This document shows positions 27,495-37,732 of a DNA stretch of 64,000 bases, in pieces. The stretch comes from a virus (Duplodnaviria; Caudoviricetes), in the IMG/VR virus record IMGVR_UViG_3300032321_001056, positions 1 through 64,000 of that record. The stretch is one strand, 5' to 3'. The notes beneath the pieces were generated by a model. That model made no database searches and was not told the origin of the DNA. It saw nothing but the letters and a program-made list of their open reading frames with translations. Numbering within the stretch: the stretch's first letter is position 1; each line of letters starts with the position of its first letter. A program made the position numbers and the translations under genes.

Positions 27495-27811
27495 TACATT
27501 CCGCCTTTCGCAGCGAGTTTAAGTGCATTTATGTTTTCACCTAATGCTTCATACATGGTTTTCCATATATCATTAACAAACTTATCTTGATCATTCATAA
27601 CCGCAGACTTTCTTTTAAAAGCTTGTGATTTAATAATCATCAATGTTCTATACGCCGCTAATATATTAGCATACTTAACAGCCTGCCCGCCTAGATAATG
27701 GTCTGGGTTACGGATAATGTCTTCAACTATCCTTATACATTCTACAAACTCTTCTGCTTTATCGCCCATTTGCTCAGCAAGAATTTCTTTATTAATTATA
27801 ATATCTGGCAC
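27494..27811 (-). CDS. hypothetical protein
   Basis: Packed helical ORF. Confidence 0.75.
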   Translation of the reverse strand: MPDIIINKEILAEQMGDKAEEFVECIRIVEDIIRNPDHYLGGQAVKYANILAAYRTLMIIKSQAFKRKSAVMNDQDKFVNDIWKTMYEALGENINALKLAAKGGM

Positions 27812-27987
27812 TAGATATCCTTTCTTAAATCTTCTGTTTTAACTAAAGCTTGATATGGTGGATAAACTCTAGCAATACCAATAAAACACCATACAAGGTC
27901 AACACCAATAGCAAATTCATCATGATCAAGCCTTATACCAAGACTTTTATGACCAACAAATTTATCACAACAAAATTTAAACTTCAT
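27811..27987 (-). CDS. hypothetical protein (58 aa, not in ORF track)
   Basis: Hand translation MKFKFCCDKFVGHKSLGIRLDHDEFAIGVDLVWCFIGIARVYPPYQALVKTEDLRKDI; fills the gap. Confidence 0.55.
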   Translation of the reverse strand: MKFKFCCDKFVGHKSLGIRLDHDEFAIGVDLVWCFIGIARVYPPYQALVKTEDLRKDI

Positions 27988-28279
27988 AATCGCTTCCTTT
28001 AATTAAATCCTGGAGTACATCCCAGTCAATTATAGCGACTTTTGTTTGGGAATTCTCACCAAACACGACAGAAATACAAGGATATTTGTAATTAGCGTTA
28101 AAAGCATCTTTTCGCATCTTATCCCAAGCTTTCAGGGTTAATGTAAAAGTCTTTTCATTATGCTTGTAATCAACCAAAAATTTGTGGAGAGAGGCATCCC
28201 CTTTCTTAAGACCACGCCCAGAGTTTTTTACAGCCTTAGCTTTGTCACGCTTAATTTCTTCTTTTTCAGTTCTTTTCAC
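27977..28279 (-). CDS. Hjc-like PD-(D/E)XK resolvase/endonuclease
   Basis: NSGRG..KGDA...FLVDYKH. Confidence 0.7.
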   Translation of the reverse strand: MKRTEKEEIKRDKAKAVKNSGRGLKKGDASLHKFLVDYKHNEKTFTLTLKAWDKMRKDAFNANYKYPCISVVFGENSQTKVAIIDWDVLQDLIKGSDYEV

Positions 28280-28545
28280 TAATAAGTTCTTTCAGACGGT
28301 CTCGGTCAGATTTCATTAAAATGTATTGTACACGAAGAATTGCAAGTCTGTTTTCAGTTTCTTCAATTCTTTTCTTCAAATCATTAATTTCTTTAGCGTA
28401 ATCCATTTTCTTTTTAAACATAATAAACCACCTAATCATCTTCAGACTCCTTATCCCCGCACTCAGGGTTCTCTGGAATAGGTTTAGGGCAGAAGCATTT
28501 ATAGGATCTCACACCTATGATAATCATGCAATACTCCAACTTTCT

Positions 28546-29460
28546 TTATTCGTTTATTTGTTTCTGTATTTGCTTGACTTGTTTATCTGTAAGTTCAATA
28601 GCTCCCATGCCGTTCCACTTGCTTTCTTCATAAGCATACCAAGCACCCTTACGCTTAATAATATCCATCTCAATAGCAATATCAATCAATTCTCGCCCTG
28701 TATCAATACGACCTTCCTGGGGGAGTACATAATAGAATCCAGTAGCCCCGATAGTTGGAATTTGTTTTGTTTTTTCAACAGTCCAAGTCGCTCTTTGGGA
28801 TGTAATCATGTTATTCTCCTCACGATCCATCTCGCTCTTTGACATTGACAAGAACAACTTCACAATATTGTGCATGTTGTGATGAACAGTGTTGCCCATC
28901 TTGGCTTTAGTTACCGCAAACATTCCACTTAAGTCAACCGTTTGATGAGCAACAAACAACATAATGTTGCGCTCCTTGTGTAGATAGTTAACTAACTTTT
29001 GCAACAAATATCCTTGTGAGCGTGATTGTAAACCCATTGCCTTACCACCTTCGGGCTTATCATAAAACTCTTCTTTAATAATATTAGACAACGAATCAAA
29101 CAAAAAGATATGTCTTTCCTTATCATCTGTTAGATACCCAATTAGATGTTTCATAATTTCCTCTACAATGGTAGATTGAATAATTACTACATCTTCAATA
29201 TTGATTCCACACTTAGCAGCGTATTCATCATTATAAGATGATTCAGAGTCAATAATCACTGGTCTATAGCCAAGCTTTTGTGCTTCAGCAATAATTCTAA
29301 AACACATTGTTGTCTTGCCTACAGATGGCGTTCCCCAGAATAGATGGGTAGCACCGCTATTCAAACCACCGCCTAGTGCACGATTTAATCCAATACTTGG
29401 TGTCGGAATAACATCATGCACTGGCATTGTGTCACCCTTGCGCTTATCTACAATTAACAT
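28546..29460 (-). CDS. recA: RecA/UvsX-like recombinase
   Basis: TPSIGLNRALGGG...GTPSVGKTT (Walker A); IIDSE; LFDSLS; HQ motif. Confidence 0.9.
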   Translation of the reverse strand: MLIVDKRKGDTMPVHDVIPTPSIGLNRALGGGLNSGATHLFWGTPSVGKTTMCFRIIAEAQKLGYRPVIIDSESSYNDEYAAKCGINIEDVVIIQSTIVEEIMKHLIGYLTDDKERHIFLFDSLSNIIKEEFYDKPEGGKAMGLQSRSQGYLLQKLVNYLHKERNIMLFVAHQTVDLSGMFAVTKAKMGNTVHHNMHNIVKLFLSMSKSEMDREENNMITSQRATWTVEKTKQIPTIGATGFYYVLPQEGRIDTGRELIDIAIEMDIIKRKGAWYAYEESKWNGMGAIELTDKQVKQIQKQINE

Positions 29461-29506
29461 ATTTCTCCTTTTGACTAAAGTAGTTTATCATTTATAGCGG
29501 TTGAAA

Positions 29507-30148
29507 TCAGTTGATTTCTGATTTTCCACGAAACTTATTGCCTTCTAAACTTAAATTTACAAATGGGTTTAGAGAATAAATTTGACAATCATACTTACTT
29601 CCAATCCATCTCTTCATCAGCACTAAGTGATCGTTATAAATATTCCAAGGCGTATCACCAGCTGGATAATCAGAAAATCTATCCATATCATTCAATCTCC
29701 CACAATCAACACCAACAAGAACAATCGCTTTAGCCCCCATATGAGCCGCTAAATGCATTGCGCCATGAATGCTTGATGATCCTATTACAAGGTTCTCTCC
29801 AGGATTATCTCTAGTGTAAGGATCAAATCCAACCCCTGGCTCACCAGCATTAGTGTCAAATAAAACAACATTATTAGGGAGAGTTCCAGACCATTCATCT
29901 CTACTGCCATGTTCTTTTCTTGGCGTAAAAACAAACCTAGAGGAGTCCGACATTTGAAGAGAATCAGAATGATAATGAGAAAATGTAAAATAATTTGCAA
30001 GACCAAAAAGTTTGCCAACAAAATTTGCAGCGATACATATTTGATCATCAAAAAAAGATGGGTCAATGAAATCTAAAGTTCCACCAGAGCCAACAACCCA
30101 AATGATCTCACCTTTATGTATATCTTTAAAACTAGCTAAGTCTCTCAT
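29507..30148 (-). CDS. DUF115/MptE-like (sialyltransferase-type fold) protein
   Basis: IWVVGSGGTL...AMHLAAHMGAKAIVLVGVDC. Confidence 0.65.
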   Translation of the reverse strand: MRDLASFKDIHKGEIIWVVGSGGTLDFIDPSFFDDQICIAANFVGKLFGLANYFTFSHYHSDSLQMSDSSRFVFTPRKEHGSRDEWSGTLPNNVVLFDTNAGEPGVGFDPYTRDNPGENLVIGSSSIHGAMHLAAHMGAKAIVLVGVDCGRLNDMDRFSDYPAGDTPWNIYNDHLVLMKRWIGSKYDCQIYSLNPFVNLSLEGNKFRGKSEIN

Positions 30149-30797
30149 CCCAACTCAAATCCAATCTTCTCTGTAGTGTCCAATGACCAGCATCTGCTGT
30201 TTCATTCCTGGAATCGTATAAATCTCTATTTAAAGGATATGTTATCATATTCAGAAGCTTATAATTATCATTTGATTTGGTTGTTCCTAAAATTTCATGA
30301 TTGATTTCTGCTTCTGAATAAACAACATCAAAACCATTGTGAATGACTCTTCTTTCGTAGTCCCAGTCCTCGTAATAAGCTGGATAAAAACCTTCGCAAA
30401 ATAACCCGACTTTCTTTACCACATCAGATCCAACCCAAGCGCAGCACCAAGGCGGCAACACTACATCTTCAGATACAAGCTGAATATTATTCGTTTTCAC
30501 TGTAGCCAAATAGTTCTCTAAAGCTCCAGGATTAAACCACGCATCTGAATTTAAGAAAATCCAACCATCAGAATACGGAGTTGATTTTATTCCTAAATTC
30601 CAAGAAGTAGCAACTCCTAAATTTGAAGGCATGTACAAAATATAAGTATCTTTAATGAAACCATTAAAAAATGCAGGAATAGTTTCCTGACCATTATTAA
30701 TAATAATCAACTTATCAATTTCATGATCAATAGAATCAACACAGCGTTTTAGTAAATCCATTCTATTTAATACTGGAATAACTATAGTTGTTAGCAC
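30132..30797 (-). CDS. glycosyltransferase family 2
   Basis: TIVIPVLNR...IIINNG...NLGVATSWNLG...FLNSDA...YYEDWDY. Confidence 0.9.
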   Translation of the reverse strand: MLTTIVIPVLNRMDLLKRCVDSIDHEIDKLIIINNGQETIPAFFNGFIKDTYILYMPSNLGVATSWNLGIKSTPYSDGWIFLNSDAWFNPGALENYLATVKTNNIQLVSEDVVLPPWCCAWVGSDVVKKVGLFCEGFYPAYYEDWDYERRVIHNGFDVVYSEAEINHEILGTTKSNDNYKLLNMITYPLNRDLYDSRNETADAGHWTLQRRLDLSWDERLS

Positions 30798-33700
30798 TCT
30801 ACTTTGACCAGGTTCTTTCTCTTTACATAATCATCTACAGTAATAATTTTATCTGCCGCTTCAAGTTTGTACGAATCAAGACGGTTGAGAGTGTCTTTAT
30901 CCTCAACCTTTGATAAACGAATCGCATACCATTCGCCTTCCTTAAGCATTTGCTTTACCTTTTTATAAACTGCAGCAAATATCACGATCTTAAAGAATTG
31001 CTTACCATCCCAACAATAAACGCTAGCCATTTCCTTACCAGATGAGGTGATGAAATTTCTAATGTTAAAAATATAGGCAAGAGTTTTCTCATCAGTTACA
31101 TAGCCAATGCCGTGATCATATAACCATGAGTACTTATGTTCAGCGCCAGCTTTCTTCATCATCATGATATTGAACAATCTTGAATCCTCAGCCTGATACA
31201 CATCACAATAAGCGTGCAATGTTCTATCACCAATCAGTGCATATACATAATCTCTCTGCGCTAGCTCAGTATTACGCTCACCAAACACAGTACAAGAGCC
31301 TGAGTGATCTTCAAACTCCACCCGTAGATAACCCGTAGCCTTCTTTGTAGAGCGCACTACAGCTTTAATGAGAGTAATGCTTGACATTGTTTCATGGAAG
31401 TCAACTGCGTTCTCCACAAACTCATCAATAGCAGTCTTGTGTTGATTAGCCGCAATTGGGAACCCAAGGATTGGCAAATAGTATTTCTCATTATCAAATT
31501 GCGATATATGACCAATTGATTCAAATGCACCAACCTTGTCTAAGTTCTCTCTAAGCGGAGCTTTAACAGCAGACTTAGAACACTTATGGCTAAACTCTTC
31601 AAATGAATTGAATGGTCGCTTCGTTGTAATTTCCTTGATCGCACTAGAACCGCACCCAGTAACATTAGCAAGACCAAATCTAATTCCTTCTTCTTCACCT
31701 GGGAGTGACATAGAGAAGAATTCTTCTGATTTATTAATATCAGGTGCATAGATTTTCAATCCAAGCCTCTGTGCTTCCATCAAGTAAGCGGTGATCTTGT
31801 CAGATGCAGACTCATTGTAAAGAAGCGCCCAGATGAATTCAAGAGGGTAGTTGATTTTCAACCACATTGTCTGATACGACATGAGTGAGTAAGCAACAGC
31901 GTGTGATTTGTTAAACATATACAACGCTGACATTTCAAACTCAGACCAAATCTTTTCAGATTGCGCTGGAGTTAGGTACTTGTTATTTACAAACTTTTCT
32001 TTGTATTTATCAAACCCAGCCGCATCTCGCTTCTTACCAATGATCTTACGCAATGAGTCAGCTTCTGACCAAGTAAAGTCTGCAAGCAGTACAGCCATTT
32101 GCATGAGTTGCTCTTGAAAAATTACAGTACCATAAGTTTCTTCCAAGATTTCCCGTACTACTTCGTCAGGGTACTTAGGCTTAGTGACACCCTTTTTGCA
32201 ATCAATATATTTCTGCCCTTGTGAGAGCAATGCCCCAGGTCTAACTAATGCGTTAGACACAACAAGGTCATTAAAGTTGTCAATACCCATTCTTTCAATG
32301 AGGTTTCTATAAGCAGCCGCATCAGCCTGAAAGATACCAACGGTGTTGATATTATTGAAGTTTTCAAACACTTTTGGGTCATCCAGCTTCAGCGATTGAG
32401 CCCTCACATCTATCCCCAGACGCTCCTGGATCTTTGCTAAGCAATCTTTAATCACAGATACGGTCTTTAGACCCAAAACATCTATTTTAATAAGCCCAAC
32501 GGCTTCGGCATCTTCCATCGCAAAAGCGGTAACAGCCGAACGGTCTCCACCCTGAGAGTCTTTACGGGATTCAACGGGGCAAACATCGGTCAACGGAACG
32601 GAAGAAACCACCATCCCAGCCGCATGGACTCCAGCGGTACGAATCCGATTTTCCAACCTTGATGCCAACGGTACAACATCGGGATATTTCTTGATAAAGA
32701 CCTTGCCCTTCTCGGTGGCTTTAAGCTCATCAATGGTTTCAAAAAACGGTGTAACCGAGTTGATTTCGGCAAAGGGAACTTGTAGCACTCTTGCAACATC
32801 TTTAACCGCACTCTTTGATTTGAAAGTACCATAGATAGAAATTGCCGCTACATTATCCTTACCCCAGCGAGTGGCAAGATAAGTTTTAACCTCATCACGG
32901 CGCTTATCTTCAAAGTCCAAGTCAATGTCGGGATAGTCGTTACGCTCAGGGTTAATAAAGCGAGCGAACAGCAAATTGTATTTGATTGGATCAACTTGCG
33001 TAATGTCCAACAAAAACGCCATGACGCTACCACCAACAGACCCACGACCAGTACCACGACCAATGCCGTTGTTGTCAGCCCACTTAACCAAATCCCATAC
33101 GATTAAAAAGTAATCCGCAAAGCCGAGTTGCTTAATGATGCCCAACTCTTCATCAAGACGCTTTACATAAATTTCATCGGTAATCCCCAGCTCTTGCAAA
33201 CGGAACTTTGTAATCTCAGCCAAGTAATCATCCGAGTTCATGGACTTCATATACTTCGGCAACAGGTTCTTCCGCTTCTCCATCCGAGCCGTACACTTCT
33301 CGGCAACTTCCATCGTATTTTCCAGAATGTCAATTCTGTCGTAGCCAGCATCTTTGAACCAAGAAGCCACCTCATCAGCACCAGCCACATACGGGTTAAT
33401 ATCATCAAACCTAAGATGCCTGTTAGGATACATATTGTTGATTTTTGCCACCATATCAAGGGATGGGTTATGCAAGCAATCAGCATGGTCTTTGGCATGG
33501 CGTTGATCTGCGGCAGATAGGCTTGGGTATTGTGAAAGCATTAGCAAGACCTCTTCACAGCCCTTATCTTTACGACTGGGGAAATGACAATCAGCAGTAG
33601 CTAGTACAGGTCGGTTATAGGTGTCTGCTAATTGGATTAACCCGTCATTTATATGCTTAGGGTTCCAGGATTGAATTTCAAAGTAGAAATCATCTTTAAA

Positions 33701-34192
33701 TATCTTTATAAATCTTTCGGACAACTGAGCTGCTCTGTCCATATCGCCAACATCAATAGCCTTAGAGATAGCACTACCCATACAACCCGATAATGAGATA
33801 ACATCGTTATCAACAAGTTCTTCCAGCAAACTGAAATCTATTCTAGGCTTATAGTAGAAATTACTTCCCCAAGCCTTTTGATTCATCTTAAATAGCTTCT
33901 TAAGACCTTCATTGTTCTTAGCCAACAAAATTAAATGGAAGCGCTCACTCTTATCCTCGCTATCAGATTCAATAGACGGTACAAAATAGGCTTCTACGCC
34001 AAACAATGGCTTTACATTATTAGCCAAGCAAGCATCCTGGAACTTCAGAACCCCGCCCATTGTTCCGTGATCTGTAATAGCAGCAGCTACTTGACCATTG
34101 GTGCTTGTAATTTTTGCTATCTCTTCTGGTGTTGACATTCCATCTAGCAGTGAGTATTCAGAATGACAATGTAAGTGAACGAAATCCGTCAC
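30791..34192 (-). CDS. dnaE: DNA polymerase III alpha subunit (DnaE-type, PHP + Pol3 core)
   Basis: HLHCHSEYSLLDG, AITDHG, GRGSVGGS, YPDIDLD, HAAG, KIDVLGL, FNKSHAVAY. Confidence 0.97.
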   Translation of the reverse strand: MTDFVHLHCHSEYSLLDGMSTPEEIAKITSTNGQVAAAITDHGTMGGVLKFQDACLANNVKPLFGVEAYFVPSIESDSEDKSERFHLILLAKNNEGLKKLFKMNQKAWGSNFYYKPRIDFSLLEELVDNDVISLSGCMGSAISKAIDVGDMDRAAQLSERFIKIFKDDFYFEIQSWNPKHINDGLIQLADTYNRPVLATADCHFPSRKDKGCEEVLLMLSQYPSLSAADQRHAKDHADCLHNPSLDMVAKINNMYPNRHLRFDDINPYVAGADEVASWFKDAGYDRIDILENTMEVAEKCTARMEKRKNLLPKYMKSMNSDDYLAEITKFRLQELGITDEIYVKRLDEELGIIKQLGFADYFLIVWDLVKWADNNGIGRGTGRGSVGGSVMAFLLDITQVDPIKYNLLFARFINPERNDYPDIDLDFEDKRRDEVKTYLATRWGKDNVAAISIYGTFKSKSAVKDVARVLQVPFAEINSVTPFFETIDELKATEKGKVFIKKYPDVVPLASRLENRIRTAGVHAAGMVVSSVPLTDVCPVESRKDSQGGDRSAVTAFAMEDAEAVGLIKIDVLGLKTVSVIKDCLAKIQERLGIDVRAQSLKLDDPKVFENFNNINTVGIFQADAAAYRNLIERMGIDNFNDLVVSNALVRPGALLSQGQKYIDCKKGVTKPKYPDEVVREILEETYGTVIFQEQLMQMAVLLADFTWSEADSLRKIIGKKRDAAGFDKYKEKFVNNKYLTPAQSEKIWSEFEMSALYMFNKSHAVAYSLMSYQTMWLKINYPLEFIWALLYNESASDKITAYLMEAQRLGLKIYAPDINKSEEFFSMSLPGEEEGIRFGLANVTGCGSSAIKEITTKRPFNSFEEFSHKCSKSAVKAPLRENLDKVGAFESIGHISQFDNEKYYLPILGFPIAANQHKTAIDEFVENAVDFHETMSSITLIKAVVRSTKKATGYLRVEFEDHSGSCTVFGERNTELAQRDYVYALIGDRTLHAYCDVYQAEDSRLFNIMMMKKAGAEHKYSWLYDHGIGYVTDEKTLAYIFNIRNFITSSGKEMASVYCWDGKQFFKIVIFAAVYKKVKQMLKEGEWYAIRLSKVEDKDTLNRLDSYKLEAADKIITVDDYVKRKNLVKVEC

Positions 34193-34737
34193 AAATTCTC
34201 CAAATCAATTTCAAACAACGATTCAATCGTGTCCATCTTGTTCCAATAATCTTGATTGTACCACGCCGCACGAAGATAACACTTGATTCCGTGTTCTTGT
34301 AATATTTCTATTTCGTGTGGATTATCTTCCACTACAAATAGTGGATCAATATGTTTGATGATATCAATCTTTTTCCCAAATTCAGAAAATCTTGGTCTAG
34401 ATGTATTTATTCTCCACTTATCAAGCCAAGGCACTGTCTCTTCAACAGCGGCTGGTTGTCTTCTAGCAGTTACTATGTTTACATCAATACCTAGACTAAA
34501 CCAATGGTTCACTTGAAAGAATGCGTCTTCAAAAGGTTTCATGTTCTTCCAAAACAAATTGTTCTGAAATATTTTCATGGCTTCCTCATCTTTTGTATTT
34601 GTTGTGAACCATGATGAGTAGTCACATTGGTCAATACTGACACCGTGATTATAAAATAAATGATCAGCTACCGCTGTATCTATGTCAGCAATTACACCGT
34701 CTAAATCTAGAACGATTGATGTATCTACGAATTCCAT
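34189..34737 (-). CDS. HAD-superfamily 5'(3')-deoxyribonucleotidase-like
   Basis: LDLDGVIAD, IVTARR, VVEDNP; start moved to MEFVDTS (GGAGA RBS) because the track start overlaps a terminator. Confidence 0.85.
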   Translation of the reverse strand: MEFVDTSIVLDLDGVIADIDTAVADHLFYNHGVSIDQCDYSSWFTTNTKDEEAMKIFQNNLFWKNMKPFEDAFFQVNHWFSLGIDVNIVTARRQPAAVEETVPWLDKWRINTSRPRFSEFGKKIDIIKHIDPLFVVEDNPHEIEILQEHGIKCYLRAAWYNQDYWNKMDTIESLFEIDLENL

Positions 34738-34766
34738 TTTTCTCCAATTATATATTTTTGAGCATG

Positions 34767-34792
34767 AAAAAAGGGAGGGCTTTCGCCCTCCC
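34767..34792 (-). terminator. rho-independent terminator
   Basis: GGGAGGGC-GAAA-GCCCTCCC followed by TTTTT. Confidence 0.9.
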
Positions 34793-34806
34793 CAGTTCAT
34801 TAGTGA

Positions 34807-35448
34807 TTACCAGGAATCTTTCATCTCACCAGTGGTGAGGAACATCTGTTGCTTCTCATATGGAAGCATCATGTACACAGTGTCAAGCTGGTGCATTGGC
34901 AATTCAGTAATTTGCTTTGGTTCTGGTGAAGAATCAAGCGGAATCAATGAATAGTTTGTATCCGATGCAGAAGAGCCTGTTCGTGAATACTTATAGAATC
35001 TGTCGGTAATCGTACCGAATTCTTTTGCGTACTCAATAAGTGTAAGACCAATATGGCGTTGGTTAAATGTCGTGTCAAGAACTCGTGGTTCCCAAACACC
35101 TGGTTCCATTTCCACCGCAATATTAATCAAAAGATGGGGCTTTGGTCTCCAAGCCTTATCAACGGTTGCTTGCTCTGTACCCCAACAACGATAATTGAAC
35201 TTTTCAAATCCCGCAGTAGAAGCGACTCTCCACTTCCAGTTGATTGGTGATGTGATAACTGGAACATTAATTGCTGTCCCGATATTTTCATCGTAGTTTG
35301 TTGAATCTTCTGTCAATTCCTGACGGAAGCGAATGCGGTACGATTGACCAGCTTGAACCGTAAAGAATTTCTTCGGTCCTGCTGACGCACCTGGTTTTGC
35401 TACTGACTTTTCCAAGTCTTTTAGTGATTTTAATGATTGAAATGACAT
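34807..35448 (-). CDS. probable single-stranded DNA-binding protein
   Basis: Position between primase and polymerase; aromatic beta-rich KFFTV...YRIRF; own terminator suggests high expression. Confidence 0.6.
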   Translation of the reverse strand: MSFQSLKSLKDLEKSVAKPGASAGPKKFFTVQAGQSYRIRFRQELTEDSTNYDENIGTAINVPVITSPINWKWRVASTAGFEKFNYRCWGTEQATVDKAWRPKPHLLINIAVEMEPGVWEPRVLDTTFNQRHIGLTLIEYAKEFGTITDRFYKYSRTGSSASDTNYSLIPLDSSPEPKQITELPMHQLDTVYMMLPYEKQQMFLTTGEMKDSW

Positions 35449-35458
35449 GTTTTGTCTC

Positions 35459-36379
35459 CTATATGATTATTTCTTTGTTGTTTATAGCTTCTGCTATTTG
35501 TTCTTTAGTCATCTCCGCAGGGTCTTTAACTCCTTCGGGGATTCTTGCTACCGAGATTTCTTTGCCTCGGCACATCTCTATCATAGCACATCTCATCGCC
35601 ATACCAGCATCATCATTGTCACAAAATAAGATGACTTTATCAAAAAATCTTCTTATCATATTACCTTGATTTTTTGACACCGCAGCCCCAAGAGTTGCTA
35701 CCGCATTTGGATATCCAGCTTGATGTACAAACATACAATCCACGCTACCTTCAACCACAATAACTGAATTGTAGTTTTTAGCATTGTGAATATTGAATAA
35801 AACATCTGCTCGCTTAAAGCCTTTATTGTACAAATATCTAGGTTGCTGGGTTGATTCTATAGCTCTACCAATAAGACCTACCAACTCATAGTTGTGAGAC
35901 CTTACTGGAATAACCACACGATTCTTTTCAATTGAAAACCCAACCTCAAAGTGCCTCATTGTATCAATATCCAAACCACGCTCAATCATCGTTCTTAGCA
36001 AATTAGATTGCGTTTCGTAATCCAGCACTAAATTATCAATTGATAACTCCTGAACATCTTCAACCTGATACTTGTAGCTATTTAACTCTTTATCAAGCTT
36101 ATGGCTATCAAGATCTATGTGCTTACTGTACGACTTACCAGTGATGTTAAAATATAGTTGTCTAAAATTGCCTTTCTTCCCGCATGACGGGTTGAAGCAC
36201 TGCCAAAGACCAGTTCTAACATTGATATACATAGCGGCGCTATGTGTATTCTTGTGGAATGGGCAATAGACATTTAACTCTTCACCATTGGCACTTTGAA
36301 TTGAGACATTATAAGTATTAAATAACGATAATATCTCTTCTTCAATAGAGCTAGCTAAGAAGTTTGAATTTGTAGACAT
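35459..36379 (-). CDS. DNA primase (CHC2 Zn finger + Toprim)
   Basis: CPFH...WQCF..SC; RVVIP; VVEGSVD; FCDNDDAG; DPAE. Confidence 0.93.
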   Translation of the reverse strand: MSTNSNFLASSIEEEILSLFNTYNVSIQSANGEELNVYCPFHKNTHSAAMYINVRTGLWQCFNPSCGKKGNFRQLYFNITGKSYSKHIDLDSHKLDKELNSYKYQVEDVQELSIDNLVLDYETQSNLLRTMIERGLDIDTMRHFEVGFSIEKNRVVIPVRSHNYELVGLIGRAIESTQQPRYLYNKGFKRADVLFNIHNAKNYNSVIVVEGSVDCMFVHQAGYPNAVATLGAAVSKNQGNMIRRFFDKVILFCDNDDAGMAMRCAMIEMCRGKEISVARIPEGVKDPAEMTKEQIAEAINNKEIII

Positions 36380-36542
36380 CTCTACCAGCATCATAGTCGG
36401 TAATCAATTTAGTTTTACCAAAATTTCCATATTTTTTACGAGCTTCGTCTTCCATCCAATCTCTAAGTCTGTATAGAGTTTCAATGTCTTTGACTTCGCC
36501 TTTAACTACAGCTTTCATTAAATGTCCCACTCCTCTACCCAC
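36351..36542 (-). CDS. hypothetical protein
   Basis: Fills the gap between helicase and primase; likely start MKAVVKG. Confidence 0.6.
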   Translation of the reverse strand: MGRGVGHLMKAVVKGEVKDIETLYRLRDWMEDEARKKYGNFGKTKLITDYDAGRDVYKFKLLS

Positions 36543-37732
36543 TTACCAGTTTCTAGATTCCATCTAAGGTAGAAACCGAAGTGCGATGCTCTACGAACTT
36601 TCCTTGATACCACCTGGAATAAATCAGATGACAGCTCTCTATGGATAGCAAGAACAAGGTCGGCATCATATGCCAACTGCTTACTCCATGCAACTTCCTC
36701 TAGTTCTGGCGGTCTCTCTGAGTGACCATCAGCCATTGTCACTGCGGCAACATCTATGATAGGGATACCATTCTTTACCGCAATACGCTTAAATGCCTTA
36801 GAAAGGTTCTTAGCCTTTTCTGTTTCATTCTTAGCACCGCTTGAATCATCAAACAAGCTGTGGTAATCAAGAATAACCATGTCGGGGTGGTACTGATCAA
36901 TCTTTGCCTGCACCATGTTTTGGTCTGCTGTTTCAAGTCCTTCGGATGTAACAAGATGAATAGCATGCTTGCCTTCAAAAGTAGCCTGTGCCCACTTCTC
37001 GTAGCCATCAACGATCCCTGGGTTGGCTTTGATCAAGTCTGTATTAGTAAAATGACCTTCGCCATTATTTAACAATGTGTCTAGTCTTTGACCTTCTTGT
37101 TGTTTATTCATTTCCAAAGAAATAATTAATGGTCTATAACCAGCTTTCCATGCATTAACAGCAAATAATCTTGCAATGAATGATTTGCCAACGCCAGTCC
37201 AGCCGAGTAGAACAATAAAGTCACCCGATTGCCAACCGCCAAACACCTTATCAATAACATCAATACCGCTAGGGATGCCAGCAATTGCTTTAGGATTAAG
37301 AGACCTGGCTTTCAAGTCCCTAACTCTGTCTTTCCATTCTCCAGCGAGATCGGTATCTTTTAAGTTTGATGAAAACTTATAAAGCTTTGAAGTTTCTTCC
37401 ATCAAAAACGATAGAGCTTCTTTGGGACCAGACTCATTAATGAGACCATGCGCTTTAGCAACAATACCTCTAGTCTGATAAGACAAAGATTCCTTCTTAG
37501 CTTCATCAATATAGTAGGCAAGCGGTTCAGGTGTTGAGATAAACTCAAAATCTTGATGATGTTGCTTTACTGTTTCTTTTGATGGAACTTTGCTATGAGT
37601 TTCGTAGTGAGAAACTATGAAATTCCAAACATCTCTATACTCCAAAAACACATTCTCAACACCGCTGTTTACGGCACTTACATAGTCTTGGGTATCAACA
37701 ATAGAATTTAGAAGTCTTACTTCGTAATTCAC
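36518..37732 (-). CDS. DnaB-like replicative helicase
   Basis: GWTGVGKS, SLEM, VILDY, WSKQLAYDADLVL, KVRR. Confidence 0.93.
   Translation of the reverse strand: MNYEVRLLNSIVDTQDYVSAVNSGVENVFLEYRDVWNFIVSHYETHSKVPSKETVKQHHQDFEFISTPEPLAYYIDEAKKESLSYQTRGIVAKAHGLINESGPKEALSFLMEETSKLYKFSSNLKDTDLAGEWKDRVRDLKARSLNPKAIAGIPSGIDVIDKVFGGWQSGDFIVLLGWTGVGKSFIARLFAVNAWKAGYRPLIISLEMNKQQEGQRLDTLLNNGEGHFTNTDLIKANPGIVDGYEKWAQATFEGKHAIHLVTSEGLETADQNMVQAKIDQYHPDMVILDYHSLFDDSSGAKNETEKAKNLSKAFKRIAVKNGIPIIDVAAVTMADGHSERPPELEEVAWSKQLAYDADLVLAIHRELSSDLFQVVSRKVRRASHFGFYLRWNLETGKWVEEWDI

Noticed and set aside
21411-37732. Inteins or introns in terL, dnaE or the helicase
   Set aside because: Lengths are normal for the families, with continuous motifs and no C/S...HN splice-junction signatures or LAGLIDADG inserts seen
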